A stretch of DNA of 64,000 bases, taken from Yuukianura sp. NJ FZ-2021. Lineage: Eukaryota. Position 1 is the stretch's first letter. Every line of letters starts with the position of its first letter. The position numbers and the translations under genes are program-made. The notes below the pieces were generated by a model. The model saw only the letters and a list, made by a program, of their open reading frames with translations. It was not told the DNA's origin and did no database searches. The stretch spans positions 4,216,001 to 4,280,000 of the forward strand of contig CM102285.1 of NCBI GenBank assembly GCA_046563655.1, in the 5' to 3' direction. Shown here one piece after another: positions 26,555 to 40,591 of this stretch.

Positions 26555-27840
26555 TGTTATGAGCAACTGACTAAAAAAATTCACCAGAAGTATTTTAAAG
26601 TTTAGGTTAGGATAACCAAATTTTTCTTTTGAAAATTTGAAATCTTACTTCAAATCGCTCTCCACACTCACATAACTTGCGTTGTTTGTGATGGTCGTCA
26701 ATTCTGCTCACTCTACGACCCTCTGGACACCTACAACGCAAAAATTATGCATTGAGTGGATGAAATTTTGTTAAGTGTTCTGCGGCAGATCTCCGTTTTA
26801 ATAGAATTCTACAGTAGTCGGAAATTCTTTGGGATTAATGTAAGCTACAACAAAATAATTTCATTAAAACATGTAAAAACACAACAATATGATCAATTAA
26901 AAAAAATTAAGTACCAGTCATGAAGGCTGGAAGAGTAACACGTTGCCCAGTTTGGCCTATAAATGTAACTCTTCCGAATTTTTTTAAAACGTCTTGGAAT
27001 TCGTCTATGAGATCCGTCGTATTAAACTGATGCGCCTCTAGCGCGGTATCTCTGCAATTAAGATTTCAAATTAAAAAAAATTTTGGCTAAAATTTGGCTA
27101 AGTTAACTTTCGTTGTGTACTAGACAAGAAAGTTCAACAGGTTAACCTAATTCGCTTACGCATAAATAAAAGGGCGCCCCTCCTTCGCCTAACTGCGTCA
27201 GTGCTCCGATATTTCAAATTGGTCCCCGTTCACATTTAACTGTAAAATAAATTAAAATAACATTCATAAAACCATGTACTAATGTTTGGCTAATTTAACA
27301 TCAATGCCAAGAAAAGTTAATTTTGAATAGAGGCAGAGCCTGAAATAAAAATGATAAGCATACCACAGATTTGCAGTCTGATTCCGAGTTCTGCTGTAGG
27401 ATTTAGTAATTTTATAATTTAGTAATAGTAATTTTTGGATGTTTCCCACAGATTCTCGGTAATGTTTTTTTAGCAGCTTAATATCTGCCATAGATGTTGA
27501 AGAATCGACTTCCTTCGTTCTTTCAACCGCAGTACGGAGTTTTTCCATTGGAGCACTTGAAGCCATTATAACTAAGGTTAATGATAAAAAAGTGAGCTAT
27601 TAAAATGTGTTTGAAAGAAACAGTCTTCTGCGTTATTAATACACTTCAAAACTGTGAAATCAGCTGTACCATGCACTTTCCGCTATTTCAAATCCACCGC
27701 GTGGAAGACGGCCACATGACACACACACACTCAGACACATGGCACACCAACATGGGCATTTTTCTTATTACTATTATTATTATTATTATGCACTAACATA
27801 CTAGTCAATTAACTAACTAACCTAACTAACAATAGTCTAG

Positions 27841-28955
27841 TTAACTAACTAACATAACAATTAAAGATGACCAGCGATCAACATCATCCCTACTGAGAAT
27901 GCTCTCAACAAAGTGAGCTCCAGCAGCTTCATCATCGTCTGTCATGTGATAGGATTCACCATGGCGACGTTTTCCCTCAAAGTCAACACAGACCCACGCG
28001 TATCCACAAGGATTGTGAATATTCTGACGACTGGATTCGCCATGACTCATTTTTCTTTTGATCCTGTCATTTTCGCCTTGCGCCGCTGGCGATAGAATTC
28101 ATGATCGCACATGGAGTCAAATTCAATTACGAACACTTCAACATCAGCGTAAAACCGGAATTGTTTGAGTTTGAGCCCACTTGTCAAATTTTAGTTCCGC
28201 CTTATGTTTTCTGGGTATCTGACCTTTTGAAGCCCAAGCGCCGCGCAATATGGAATGTACTCTTCTAACGTTCTTCGAAATTCAAAGTTTGAAAGACAGT
28301 TGCGGCAGATATGCATAGTGCGATGGCTGTTAGGAGACGTCAGAGACGTCGAGATTTCAACTAAGAATGAAATGCGAATTATTACCTTGCATTAGACACA
28401 ACAGATCCACATGAATACGTTTGGCTTCCTTTGAGTTGGTGAGGATATAAATGTTGTTTTGCATGTAGTTAAACAACTCCGGATCTTCTGCTTTGTTTCC
28501 CTTTGATTTTTTGCGGTTGTTGACGTTTCTTCGCTGCGGAGCGCCCGGACCATCCATATCATAACCCAGCACTTTGATCGAGATGTTAGGGTTAAGTTCT
28601 TCTAAACGAGGTAGTTGCTATAAACTAATTGGAAATTGTAGTCCCTGAGTGTTCACTTTTGAAACATGGGGAAGGAGGATCTAACCAGCTTGTCCACTCG
28701 ACACCGGCTTGGTCCTGGAGGAACACCAGCAATTTTGTCATGAGCAAGCACTGATCAGAGAAAACACTTGTTATGAGAGTTTGACACAGAAACTTCAGTA
28801 TTGTTAATATTAACCAAGTTTTGTTGTGCTCTGGTAGAGGAAACGGTGATTCGAGAATTGTGCCAATTTTTGTAAATTGGTAGTTGGCGGTCACGAAATT
28901 GAACTCGGAAATGTGTCCAAGTCCCACCCACTGCCCACGTTGGTAAAGTTTTCAA
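27841..28955 (-). pseudogene. Polinton-type DNA polymerase B, N-terminal fragments (frameshifted)
   Basis: Motifs spread over shifting frames: GSGWDLGHI, INN...NKCFL*SVLA, LEELNPNISIKVLGY, HVDLLCL...SHF, CRNCLSNF, RFYADVE, HNPCGYAW. Confidence 0.75.
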
Positions 28956-29606
28956 TTTGATTGCTCATTTATTGGCCCATGATCGTCCTCACCTTTGGAA
29001 TGCTTTCGTCGGTGAACACGAGATGACGATAAAAAGTGAAACTGCCTCGGTTTGTTTCAACTGAACCGTCGACGTCTGGAGTTTACGCAATTGGTTTTTA
29101 CGAATTTGCAATTGGTATTTTCGTTGAGCTTCCTCTAACTCTTTATTTAATTCAATTGATGACTCCACAGTTAACCGCTAGAGTTCCTGATTCGTCTCAC
29201 CGTGATGATGTACGTTTCGAATACATTGAAAAGCTTAGCTCATATCTGCAACCGTGGCGACGAGGTGTGATGCCGATCGCAATGTCGTCTCCAAAAATAT
29301 CGCGCTCAAAGTCAATTTTTTCGGTGAGTGGTAGTAGTTCGTCGATGCAACAATTCTTGAATAATGTGAGTTCCACCGAAATCGTGAGTGGTGCAATCGC
29401 AGGTAAAACGTTTTTCACAGTAAGGGCGCGCCCAATTGGAAAACTTCTTAGAGTCTCCAGCACAACTCTAAACATTTTTTTTCTTGATGAATTCGAGATG
29501 AACGACATGAGTCTCACCAACCTATTCTTTTTACCATTAAGCCTTAGTGTAATTACCTGTTTACTATTGGTCAAATAAAAATCAAATCAAATCAACACTA
29601 ATAACA

Positions 29607-30712
29607 TGTGTGGTATACTCGGCAACTTTGTACGCCCATCCTGTCAAGCATTGGCTTCAGTATGTTAAAGGAATCTGGAAACACTTTAACAAGGCGCAAA
29701 GCGCTAAGGCTGTCCAAGTTCGAAAATATTTCTAACTAGCACAGGTATGGAAGCTGATCAAAGTGGAATTGCTTTGCCATTTGGACATGTAACAGTGGAG
29801 AAAGCTGTCAATCAATTTTAAAGTATTGATTGGCAGATTTCTCACTGGAGCACAGGAGAAGGGAATGAATTAGTTCATTCCTTTTTCGCGTGTTCCCTAA
29901 TCAGGAGGGAGACGACCCCAGGGTGCTGACTGATCACCCTTATCAGCTGCGAAAAGTTTATGGCTTTTCGCAATCAACAGTAAAAGTCAAGTCATGAGTA
30001 ATCTGACGTGACTTAAGTTTCACTTAGTTAGCATTACTAATTCAAATTTTAAGACAAAGTTTATGTCTTTTTGGTAAGAACATAGATTAGAAAAAGACTA
30101 GAAAACTTGATGATTTTGAAACTTTGTAGTTACAAAGTGTAGATTAGTTAGACATGTTTATTAGTTAATGAGTTCGAAGATCATGTTCTTGCATGTCCAG
30201 ATCTTCTAATCTTTAGGGATAAATAGAGGATCGGTAGTCCGACCTCTTGGTCAGTTGTCCGGTAGCTTTTACTTAGCTCTTAACTTCTAGTAGGCACTCG
30301 GCCAGCCTGGCCCTTAAGTCTAAATTAAAAGCATCTACTTTCACTTCTATTCCTTTTCTTCACTTCTTTCAACTTCTAACTTCCAACGAGACGCTCCAGC
30401 CACCGTGGGTCAACCCGGGGAGTACCACTACCAACCAAAGTCTCCAGTCAACCCAGGGAGAGGTCGAGAGGTCAATCCAAACATCAGTAAGGGGTAGCGC
30501 CAAGGCCAGGCGAAAACCTCAGGTATGTAAAGCCACAGCACTTTACTAGTAAAAGTACTCAGGTCCTCCTGCTGGGTTATGCCCACAAATGTTTTAAAGA
30601 AGCATTGAAGTTTAGCTACTTTCACTTTCATTCCTACCGACTTCCACCAACCAATCCAAGAACTTAGGAAACCCCAGGACTAGTGCTAGACTAGTAGGTC
30701 ATCGTTCTAACA
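29607..30712 (+). mobile_element. Possible solo-LTR-like segment
   Basis: TGT...ACA ends, TATA-like GATAAATAG (~30218) and AATTAAA (~30323); no TSD or PBS found. Confidence 0.3.
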
Positions 30713-32389
30713 GAAATCAGTTAGGAAACAACTTCATGAGAATAGGTATTCCGTACTTTCTTTTTATTGGATATTTATGATTATGGATTATCGTTAGATT
30801 GATTGATTATTTTCTCTATCGCCATTGATAGGCGTAGGAGTGTGTAGATTAGATGATGATACGATGATAGTTAGAGTGAGAGATGGGAGAGGTTTCAGAC
30901 AAACAAAACTTTGAAATTACTGTTTAAAAAAAGTTTTAAGTTGTCCAGAAATATAGACTAATTGTCAATTATAATTAACCTAAACTGTCATTTCACTAAA
31001 CTACTTTAACGACATTTTTGTTTTCGATATTTTTATATTTCCTTATTTTGTCATTTCCCCTCCCTTGTACTAGTAGTGTGCCCGGCCAAACTCTAACCCC
31101 TACCAAGGTGCTAAAAATAGACACGCAAAGTTCTTAAACTATCATGCTACAACAATTACTTACACACTACAGTAAAGTCTTAGAATTTTTGTTACTTCGT
31201 TTTCTACGAAAAACTGTTGCCACATATAAAAGCGCTAGTCTAGAATTATATCAAATTATTTATTTTTGAGTAAATATTACTAGAATATAAAAATATATAC
31301 TTGTTCCGAAATGTTTAACATTTGTCCTCTGCTTCTGCGCGCATAATCTGAAGTAACCGGTAGAAAAACTTCGTTGTCAAAGTCCAGCAGTCTCCTATCC
31401 TCACGACATTCCGCGGTCAAAAGCTAAAGTAGATTTTTTAACTGTTCAAAATGTTTGGCAACACCGTCATGTCCTCCGATTTTGATTTAGATATGTTTTT
31501 TTTTACATAAAATTAAGTAGTGTTGCCGGTTAAGTTTGTGATTAAGGTGACATAACTTGCACTGGATTACATGTAGGATTGAATGACCCTACGGTTTTGC
31601 AAACCCGTAGTAAAAGAATTTTTTGCATTTAGAGAAACGCATTTTTGCATTCTTGGGATTTTTGTTTTACTTAATATGCTCAACTTCAGTGAGCATGATT
31701 AATATTAGTAAAGTAAAAAACCTGCATCAATCAACACCTTAAACTTTTGGCGGTTCACAAACAACCCTTTAACGGTGGGAATTCAAATTCCTTTCTGAAA
31801 TTACCACAAAACAACGTCAAAAAGTTTGCAAGTTCCAACCTTTTTGAAAGTAACTTTTGAATGTTACAAATCCGTTCACCCTTCTACTGTGCTCCATAAA
31901 GTATCAATTTATTTTTCATAGTTGCAAAAAGAATCATAGCAGAATAAAATTGTCAAACGGCAATGCCGTTACGGCATAAATTGTTTTAACTTTTACTAAT
32001 GTAAGTAATGTATAATCCACACACGTACTTATAATTAAAAAACAGCAATTTTCGCAAATTAATAATTATTAGCGTTTCGATTTTCTATTTTCCAAAAAAA
32101 TGGGAAAACAGTAAAAACTCTAATCCACACGAATTGAAATGTAAAAAATGTAATGTAATTAATTATAATAACACTGATATCTTTACTTCACTAGACTTAT
32201 TCCACAGAAAAGGGTAAACAAGAGCAAATTTTTTAGCGTATCACATGGAAAACAAAAATTACAACCAAACACTATTTTAATTCAAAATTTGCGAAGGGAG
32301 CTTGGAAATTAACTGCAACAAAATTATTTGACTTATTATATAGCATCTACCACGTTTGGCATTAAATGAATACTGAATATGTTATCATT

Positions 32390-33693
32390 CTAAAATGCTA
32401 AGAGAAGATTTATAATTGGTGAAATAACTACTTGGGCCCAAATGAACAAAATGAATTCTTCCGTTTCCAGCAAAGAAAAACTTCCAACTACGATGCGCAA
32501 TGGAGTCATGCTCTTCCAAAATTTTGATTCGTATTCTGAGCAGGATTTCCTTGCTTGGTGACGAGCTAGTTGAATTAAATTTTTAGATAAAATGTGCTGA
32601 TCAGTTGCGATAGAAAGGAAAAGGGATGTACATAGTATTGCAGCCAAAGCGGCAACGACAATAACAAAAACGATCACAAAATGATACTGGTCACTAGCAC
32701 GTATTGCAAAAAATGACAAAACAACAATACCGGTGAAAATATTAATAAAAAATACAATAACTAAATGTCCAAAAGCTACTTCAAATGCTTTACCAATTAC
32801 TTTAACTTTCAAAAAGTCCAAAGTATCTACACAGATTTGGGGTCGAAAACAATTGCCTTCCTCTTCCCGGCGTACTTCACTATAAACATAAAAAAAATAC
32901 TCAAGTTTTATTTAAAACTTAGAAAAAATACTTTAAATTTATTTTATAAAAACTAAAAGCAATAACTGCATGACAAATTCTACTCGAATTACCTTGCGAA
33001 TAATAGATTCTTCAGCAGTTGCTTGGTTGTAAACAAATATATGAAGATCCAATGCAACAGGGTATTACTGACGACCACTCCATGACCAAGGCCAACTGCA
33101 ATACTAAAGAAAGTAAAACACTTAAATATGATGACTAGCGAGTCGTATGTTGTAGACTGCGGGGTACTAAGTTGTGAAGCGGTAAACTCCAAAATATTAT
33201 GGATTGTTGTGAACAGCCCAGGAAATGCCAACGACGCAACGTATATGAATGGCAGAAAAATAAACGGATACGCTATTGACGTAGAGCAGAACTGGAAACA
33301 TATGATTTCAAAAGAGCGCGGCAATTTTCTAGATAAATGGAACATTGAATTGAGAGTAATGTTTGTGACGTTGATGTAACGTTGTCGTGTAGTTGGAATA
33401 AGCATAGTCCATTGTGCCAGCTGCATTATATTACAGATACTGTTTATTCCCAAAGCGATTACTTTTTCAAATTTTGTCGTAGAACCAAAAACGGTTTCGT
33501 AGTACCAACATGCTATAACTGTCCCTAAAACAACCGTAGAAAATACTCCAAACACAGTGAACGCTGTGTTGCCAACAGTGGGAACAATAGTATCAGGCTG
33601 TCCATGTCCAAAGCAGTATTTTACCGGTACGTAGTGCATGAATCTTGTCCAAGTATACATTAACCTTAGCCACAAATTGGTTCGATCAATCAT
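32390..33693 (-). CDS. Divergent multi-pass chemoreceptor-like protein, 2 exons
   Basis: Hydrophobic ORFs 33693-32993 and ~32880-32390; C-terminal KFWKSMTPLRIVVGSF...IINLLLAF parallels the gene at 12774. Confidence 0.6.
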
Positions 33694-34662
33694 AATGCCT
33701 CGACGTTTGGTGATATTAAACGAATAATTGTGGAATAGCGGCAACACGAAGATATAAAGCAGTAATGCCTTTTAAAATTCTTCTTCAGCAAGAAATGTGT
33801 TCTGGATGTTCTAAATAAAATACGTGAGCATATATTTCAAACCTGAAAGAGTCGGTGTCTTACCTTTGGCTATGATTAAATAAATTTTTGTCCATGAATT
33901 TATAAAACATGGTGTTCTCCTCCTCCTTTACATGATGTAATTTTATTTAGAAATGTAAATTACATCTCTAAATCAATTTTTTCTAAAAAAAAAAAACCTC
34001 TAGAATTGCATTTTTAATGACATACTTTTTACAACAATTGGAAATGAATTATTCATTTTTTTCTTCTAAAGCGCATAGGTTATAACGGTTCATGGAAAAA
34101 CTCGTTTTCTAGAAAACATTTTTTCCATCATGCAAAGCATTTAAAAAAATTATTGGTTTTGTTGCTAATTGTGAGTAAATCGAAGGTTTACTGGAAGTTC
34201 AGAATGTTCTGCTTACAAGAAAAGCTCGGAGAAATTGCAAAATTTATTTTTTAGTAAATTCTAGTCTACTAGAGTAATTATTAAAAACGGCATTTTCATG
34301 TCGTGCATTAATGGTCGAACAGAAAATATTTCGGTTTCCATTTTTAGTCAAACGTGATAATTAGTTTAATTTGGATGTTTACTGAAACTTTTATTGATTG
34401 AGAGGAAAGTACTTGGTTGGACGCACACGCAAGTAGCATCCACTCATTATTTTTCAGCGGATGAGGTGGCATTGCCTTTTGAACTCACCGCTCAGGATGC
34501 TGCTATATGTCTTCATCCCTTTGGACAAATTTTGCTCGACGACACATAGATGTTGAATATTTTTGAATAATTAGATGCAATGTACTATATAAGAATCTAA
34601 TTCAATCATGAAAAAGAATCAAAGTGCTTTTGATTCAACAATTTTTTCAGTGTCTACTTTTG

Positions 34663-37600
34663 CTATTCCGCAGATGTGTCGTAGATTAGCCTTCCGAGCT
34701 GCATTTCCCAGTTCATACCAACTGCTACCTGAAATGATTGGAAGATCTTAATAGTTAAACACAACATATAGTACTAGATTAGTTTTTATTGTTGTTAAAA
34801 AAAACATCATTAAGTTTGAATCTAATAAATTAAACTGAAATTGTTCCTCATATTACCTTGACTAATGATGAATGTAGATTTTGATTAGTATCGTCTGGCG
34901 GTTGTTTTGCTGGAGGCATACAGACAAGCTGCGTTTTGCTAAGGGAAACTAAGTTACAAAAACTGTTACCAATGGTGACAACGAAACTGGATTCTTCACT
35001 AGCCGAGTTCAACATTGTTCCCTACAAGCCAACCGAGGCAGGTAAGAAATTTCGCAAATAACAAGTTGTCATTAGTTTTTTCTTAGCAGTTTCTTACTTC
35101 CAATGTCAAATAATCCGCACTGAAATTTTTCACTCCTTCGGTAAATGGTAGGAATTTTGGATTTGGGTAAAGGTGCAGATGGAAATCTCCTTTTCCCTCG
35201 GAAGCATTTTGGACAGGAGCCCAAACGTTGTCAAACACAAATCCAAAGTCTACTGGAACGTAACCGTCGCCCTCAGCAAGTGTGAAGTCTGGGGTCTGAT
35301 ATATAGTGGGAGTGATGCAGACAATTGTTGTATTGTCGGTAACGCTGCAAGGCTATTTGAAAAAAAATTTAAGTAAATAAAGTGAAGCATTTAATATTAC
35401 TATATTATATTATTGGATTAGCCAAAGTTGGTGGAATAAAGTATATAAATACGGTTTAGATACGAATATTTAGTTCAGATATATGTAGGGGAGGAAGGTA
35501 TACTTGGAATATTTGGTTAGGAATAGTTTGTATATTACAGAAATCACTTACACCCTTGTAGTTCGTTCGGTTATATGTTATGAACATATCAATCTCATTC
35601 ACAATAGCGAAGTTACTCCCTTTGATGGTTACCAGCAACCCGCCCGCAACAATGCTTTTAACCGGTTTGTCCTGCTAATACAGCAAAAAATGTGTGCAAA
35701 TAACTCATTACCTCTTATGTACAGATATCTGTATGATACTGCTGTATTTGAAATAAAATATTTTTTTTATCGAATTGGGAATTTAATATTTTTGCTGGTA
35801 TACCGACTCCAACCGGATTTTCGGATCCTCAACATAATAAAACCCAGATGTTGAACGTCGAAAACTTTCATCAAAATTTATCGAGACTTCATTTTCTCCA
35901 ATTGCTTTCCCACCACCGGTTCTGCATTGAATTACATGTGATTCCCTCCTATAATGTTAATATAATACCACATGTGTTTAGTACCAATTTTTTTTAAGAT
36001 TAAAGATTAACAAACAGTAATTGTTTTATATAGGAAACGAAACTTGGCGTACAAAATGATGGTGCAAGTGATTTGCCCGATGAGTACTTCGCAACTACTT
36101 CCAGCATCCAAATTTTCTCCATAAATTGAAACTTTAGTTCCACCGGCAAGGGGACCTTTGGTTGGTACCAGTCTTTGAATTTTTGGATCAACGAATCTGT
36201 ATTCGGTGATTGACACAGCTTTATAAGGTCCTACTTGTACCAAGACTAGACCATGTTTAGTCTGATTTGTTCCGAGTTCTCGAAGTCGACAGACAATTTT
36301 ATGCGTTGTTTCGTAAAGATGTGGATACGGATCACAAACCGTATTTGCCACAATAACGCCACCAAAAACATCCTAGAAAGCCAAAATTAGAATACACAAT
36401 ACATAACAACGCTATAACTTAATTTTGATAACAAATCCTAACAGCATAGCTACTGAAAAGTACTGAAGTCAGTTTCTATCTCAACATAACAAAACATATA
36501 CCACAACCTAACAAAATACTACATCGGTGTGGTTTTCCAAAATATCAAAAATTTTGCTACTGTATTAACATGTGAGCATGTTGAGATATTAGCAACAAAT
36601 GTCGCCACGACACAAAAAATATGGACATTATACGCAACGTAAACCAATGTACAACATGCCATGCGTTAACAGTACGTAGAGTGATAAAATGTGTAAACCA
36701 AACACACCTCAACAGTTCTCCCGAAATTGATACCAGTGATGGTAACATTTGTTCCGCCTTCTAGTGGTCCCGAGCTTGGACTAAAACTTGTAATTTTAAT
36801 GTCTGCGCAAGTTGCGTTTCTGTTTAACCACGTTCCGTTGCATTGGCCTTGAGTTTGACACAAGCGTGACCGCTGACACCAACCACAGTTGTACATAGGG
36901 TCCATTGTAAGGCACATTCCACAGTTGTCGGCCATTGATTCGCAACGGAAAATCGTTACTAAATACAATAAAGATAAATATAATGTTCATAAATTGATTC
37001 ACTTTAGTTTCATAATAAATATAACTATTTTCAAAGCGTATACTTCGAACATTGTCCATATTATCCAATGGCTTAGGAAGGTGTCCAGAGGATGTCACGC
37101 CAAAAGTAACTGCACTGCTGGAAGCATTTGAGTCATACTTAAACATAAACGGATCGCACCGGAGAACGCCTTCAGAGTATTGCCCTCGCACAACAAACAC
37201 TCGGCCTTCGATAGCGTAAACGCATGACAGCTTTGCTTCATACATGATGTAGAACTAAAAAAATAATTAGGAAGATGTTCAAATCATTGCCACGTCAGCT
37301 TTTGGCGAATTGAAAAATTCGAATAATCTTTAGCAAATCATTAAGTATTTTAATAAATATTAGCAGAAATTGATGACCGAATGTAATATTAATTTGTAAA
37401 TCTACGTGAGGATGTCATACCTCCGAACAATGATTTTCAGTTGTTAAGTGCAACTTACGGCAACATTCTCCAATTTCACCTCAACTTGGTATTGGCTTTT
37501 GTCTGGAATCAAAATTTCAGGAGATGCATTATTGTGCACAAAAAATCGTGGACAGAATCCAGGACCAGGTCGGAGGCTTGGACTATCACGCTATTTGAAT

Positions 37601-40591
37601 TTTACAAAAAAAAAATTCATTGGTGGTTGTGTACATGTCTACTTGCCAACATATTTTAAATGGAACTAGTGGAAGTGCTTCTAGAGATCCCACGTCGAAA
37701 GGCTTATTACTACATACATAGCTACAATATGGAAATTTGCAAGCACTTACACTAAGTCCTGACACTATAACGTCATTGCGGCAATTTTCCTGTGTGTCAT
37801 ATGTACATCGATACTTGTCCATACACCAATCACAGGGGAAGAGTGAGCTGACGCATGACGTACAAGATTGGTAAGTGTTACAGTCGTAAAAGATGAATTC
37901 CGTTGTAGCCAAATTTGTTGATAAAGATCCGTTTTCTAGAAGAACTCGCACCGAAAACAAAGCTGTGATACTGTCTATGAAAATAGATATACAATACTTT
38001 ACAAATATGTTTTTTTTAGGAATACCTGTTTCACTTGTGGTGTATTTTCATTGTATTGTGTACTTTGTCCATGCGGAATCTGTGGCAACACTGAAGTAGG
38101 TGGTGAATAGCATCTAAATCCTTGTGAAGTCAAATTCGCATAGGAGTTGAGTTCCCTCCCGTCGTGAAATTGAAACGAGCAGAAAAATGTTTCTACTCGC
38201 GCAGGTAACGGATCAATGTTGACCGTCAACTGGCATATGCGAAAAATAATTTTTAAAGATTATGATCATTCGGTTTCTGGTGCGCATCTTTCCGTAAAAA
38301 GAATAAGGTTTCACCATTCTGGCAAAGGAAATTTGCAGTTGATTGGGAACGACATGTTTAATCGTAGTACATTCTCCTCTGTTGTATGAAATCCAAGGTT
38401 CTGTAAATCTTGAAGTATTTTGGCAATTCTCCTGAGTCGTGCACCTAAAAACAAAGTGTTACATGCAACTTTTTAAAATCTCGATGTATTGTCAGAAACT
38501 CTTGCTTACATATTATGTAGGTAACACCAACCGCAATAAGGATCACTAGCTCCTGTGCACGGACTACAAGTTGTATACTCTGAACAATTGTGAAGCACGA
38601 CTTTTGAAACCTAAGGAAAGTTTTGATATTTACTATTTGGGGGTCAAAGTTGTGTTTTACGAGCAGATATATTTTCTTTACGTCACTCATTTTACAACGG
38701 ATGTATTGTCTTCAGGAATTGTTCGGTAAATTATTTAGTATTTTTAAAGACAAGGTTAGATTTAGTTTTGACAAAACTCGTACCTTCCGATCAGTCATTA
38801 CGTAAATATGCGATAGCTCATTATCAAAAATCATGTCAGCATGGACTTTTTGCCCGTTGTCAATAACGAGGTCATCGTATTCGGAATTTGTTTTACCGCT
38901 GGTGACAAGCACCTAACAATGCAATAATTAAATGTTTAGTGGCAGTCATAATCTCCCAGAAACTAAACCTAAATAAGAAATTAAAAGCGTGTATACTTTC
39001 TTGAGGTGACCATCCATGGTGCCCAAGAATGCAACAGTGTGAATTCCTGTTGAAACTACTGCAACTGAGGTCAGTAACGTCGGAAAAACTGTCGATGTCA
39101 TCGCTACCACTGGTTTTTGGCCACCAAGCGGCGTATTCACATCGGAACCGCAGAAATCGTCAGTAATATTAACATTCTACAAAAGACAGCCAAGCTCAAA
39201 AATACAATTCACATTCGCAGCATAAAGAAATTGAGTAATACGCACAGTGGACACACACGGCGCATCCTCAGTAATGAAGCCTAGCCCCCTTCGTCCTTTT
39301 CCTTGAAAGCAACGTTCAATATTTTCTTGAAATTTTCTACGAATATCGACCAGAGAGTAAACGCAAAGCCCACTTTGGGCCGTAGCATTAGCGCTGTTTT
39401 GAGAACCTTCGGTTGCGAATACAGCAAACAAGACATCTGTTGACGCTGTAATGCCCAGGTTATTAGCAAGGTCGGAGCCAGGCTTTCCCACATACGCAGC
39501 CTGTACGAGATTGAACAGCACTCCGGTTTCACTAACGCAATCGATGGGAATTTCTGTGTAAGAGGAGTAACCCAAATCGTTCTGGCAAACACGAACTAAT
39601 TTGGAAATACGCGACGAATTTAGCGCGATGTAATCCTTGCGTTGAGTTGTCAAAAAGTACGAAAATCCTTCAGAGCTAAACCCGTATATGTAGTTGATTG
39701 AATAATTTGAGCGCATGCGGATATGCATTTGTGCTCCATCAGTCGCCAATCCACTGGACTTGACCACACTAAACTTGTCTTGTGGGTTTAGGCTTCGGCT
39801 AGAAACAGCCGGGATCCCATCGGAGTATTCCGAGTAAGTAGAAGCGACGTACAGAACCTAGATAGTGCAAAATACATGAGGTAAAAAATTTTAATTTTTT
39901 TCCCGCCATTTTCGAGCAAAAACAATTTCCTTTTGTCAAAACGAATGCCTGGTAAATTCTTATTTTATTCATCTAGTATAAATTAATTAGGTTAACCGCG
40001 TTAACCGTACTCCTGTTTATTGCGCGCAAACGACAATAACTTTTCCTGTTCACAACCAAAATTGTAAAATCTTACTGACGAATTTGGCTGTGATATTGGA
40101 CCGGGACCAATAAATGCAGCAGCACTAGACACTTCATCGGTAGGAACAATTCGTTCGCTGGAACATATTAATTTCCGGTTTAAAGTATTGTTTAACGCAA
40201 ATGTACAACAACTTCCATTATTCTCGGTCCCACAGACAATCAACTGATTCCCATTATAGTCTACTGCGAGAACCTTGTTGACATTCTGCGGCAAAGTGTG
40301 TATTACTGGTTCGACTGGACACGAATCACACTCATCATACGTCTCGGGAATTTTTTTCTTTGAGATAGTGTCAATTTTATCCAGTAGGTTCAAATTTGGA
40401 TTCAATTTATACAGGTGATTCACTGCGCCGACGTACAAGACACCCGTATTCTTATGCACGACTAGGTGATTGTTGATAGTTGAATTTAGAGCTCCGTCGT
40501 CAGTGAATATAGCTACAATATGTCCACCACTACCACTGCACCGACACAGCAAAACAAGCGTGCCAAAAATGAGCACTTTTGTCAACTCCAT
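34663..40591 (-). CDS. Plexin-A-like protein: signal peptide, Sema, PSI and IPT domains; stops before the TM helix
   Basis: Signal peptide MELTKVLIFGTLVLL; Sema motifs LYVGAVNHLYKL, SKLVRVCQND..Y.SYTEIPIDC, HTVAFLGT; PSI CNTYQSCTSCVSSLFPCDWC and CGMCL...CGWC; IPT GPLEGGTNVTITG and KGPLAGGT. The last exon, 34728-34663, reads VAVGMNWEMQLGRLIYDTSAE*. Confidence 0.88.

Larger units (their letters stand above)
22088..31151 (-). mobile_element. Decayed Maverick/Polinton element with ~150 bp TIRs
   Basis: Left TIR 22088-22238 begins AGTAGT and matches the reverse complement of 31010-31151 (TAGTAGTGTGCCCGGCCAAACTCTAACCCCTACCAAGGTGCTAAAA). Internal protein-primed PolB fragments lie on the minus strand. 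No clean TSD. Confidence 0.8.

Noticed and set aside
29036..29578. Overlapping 180-aa (+) and 125-aa (-) ORFs in the Polinton
   Set aside because: No recognisable motifs; possibly the far N-terminus of PolB or shadow ORFs
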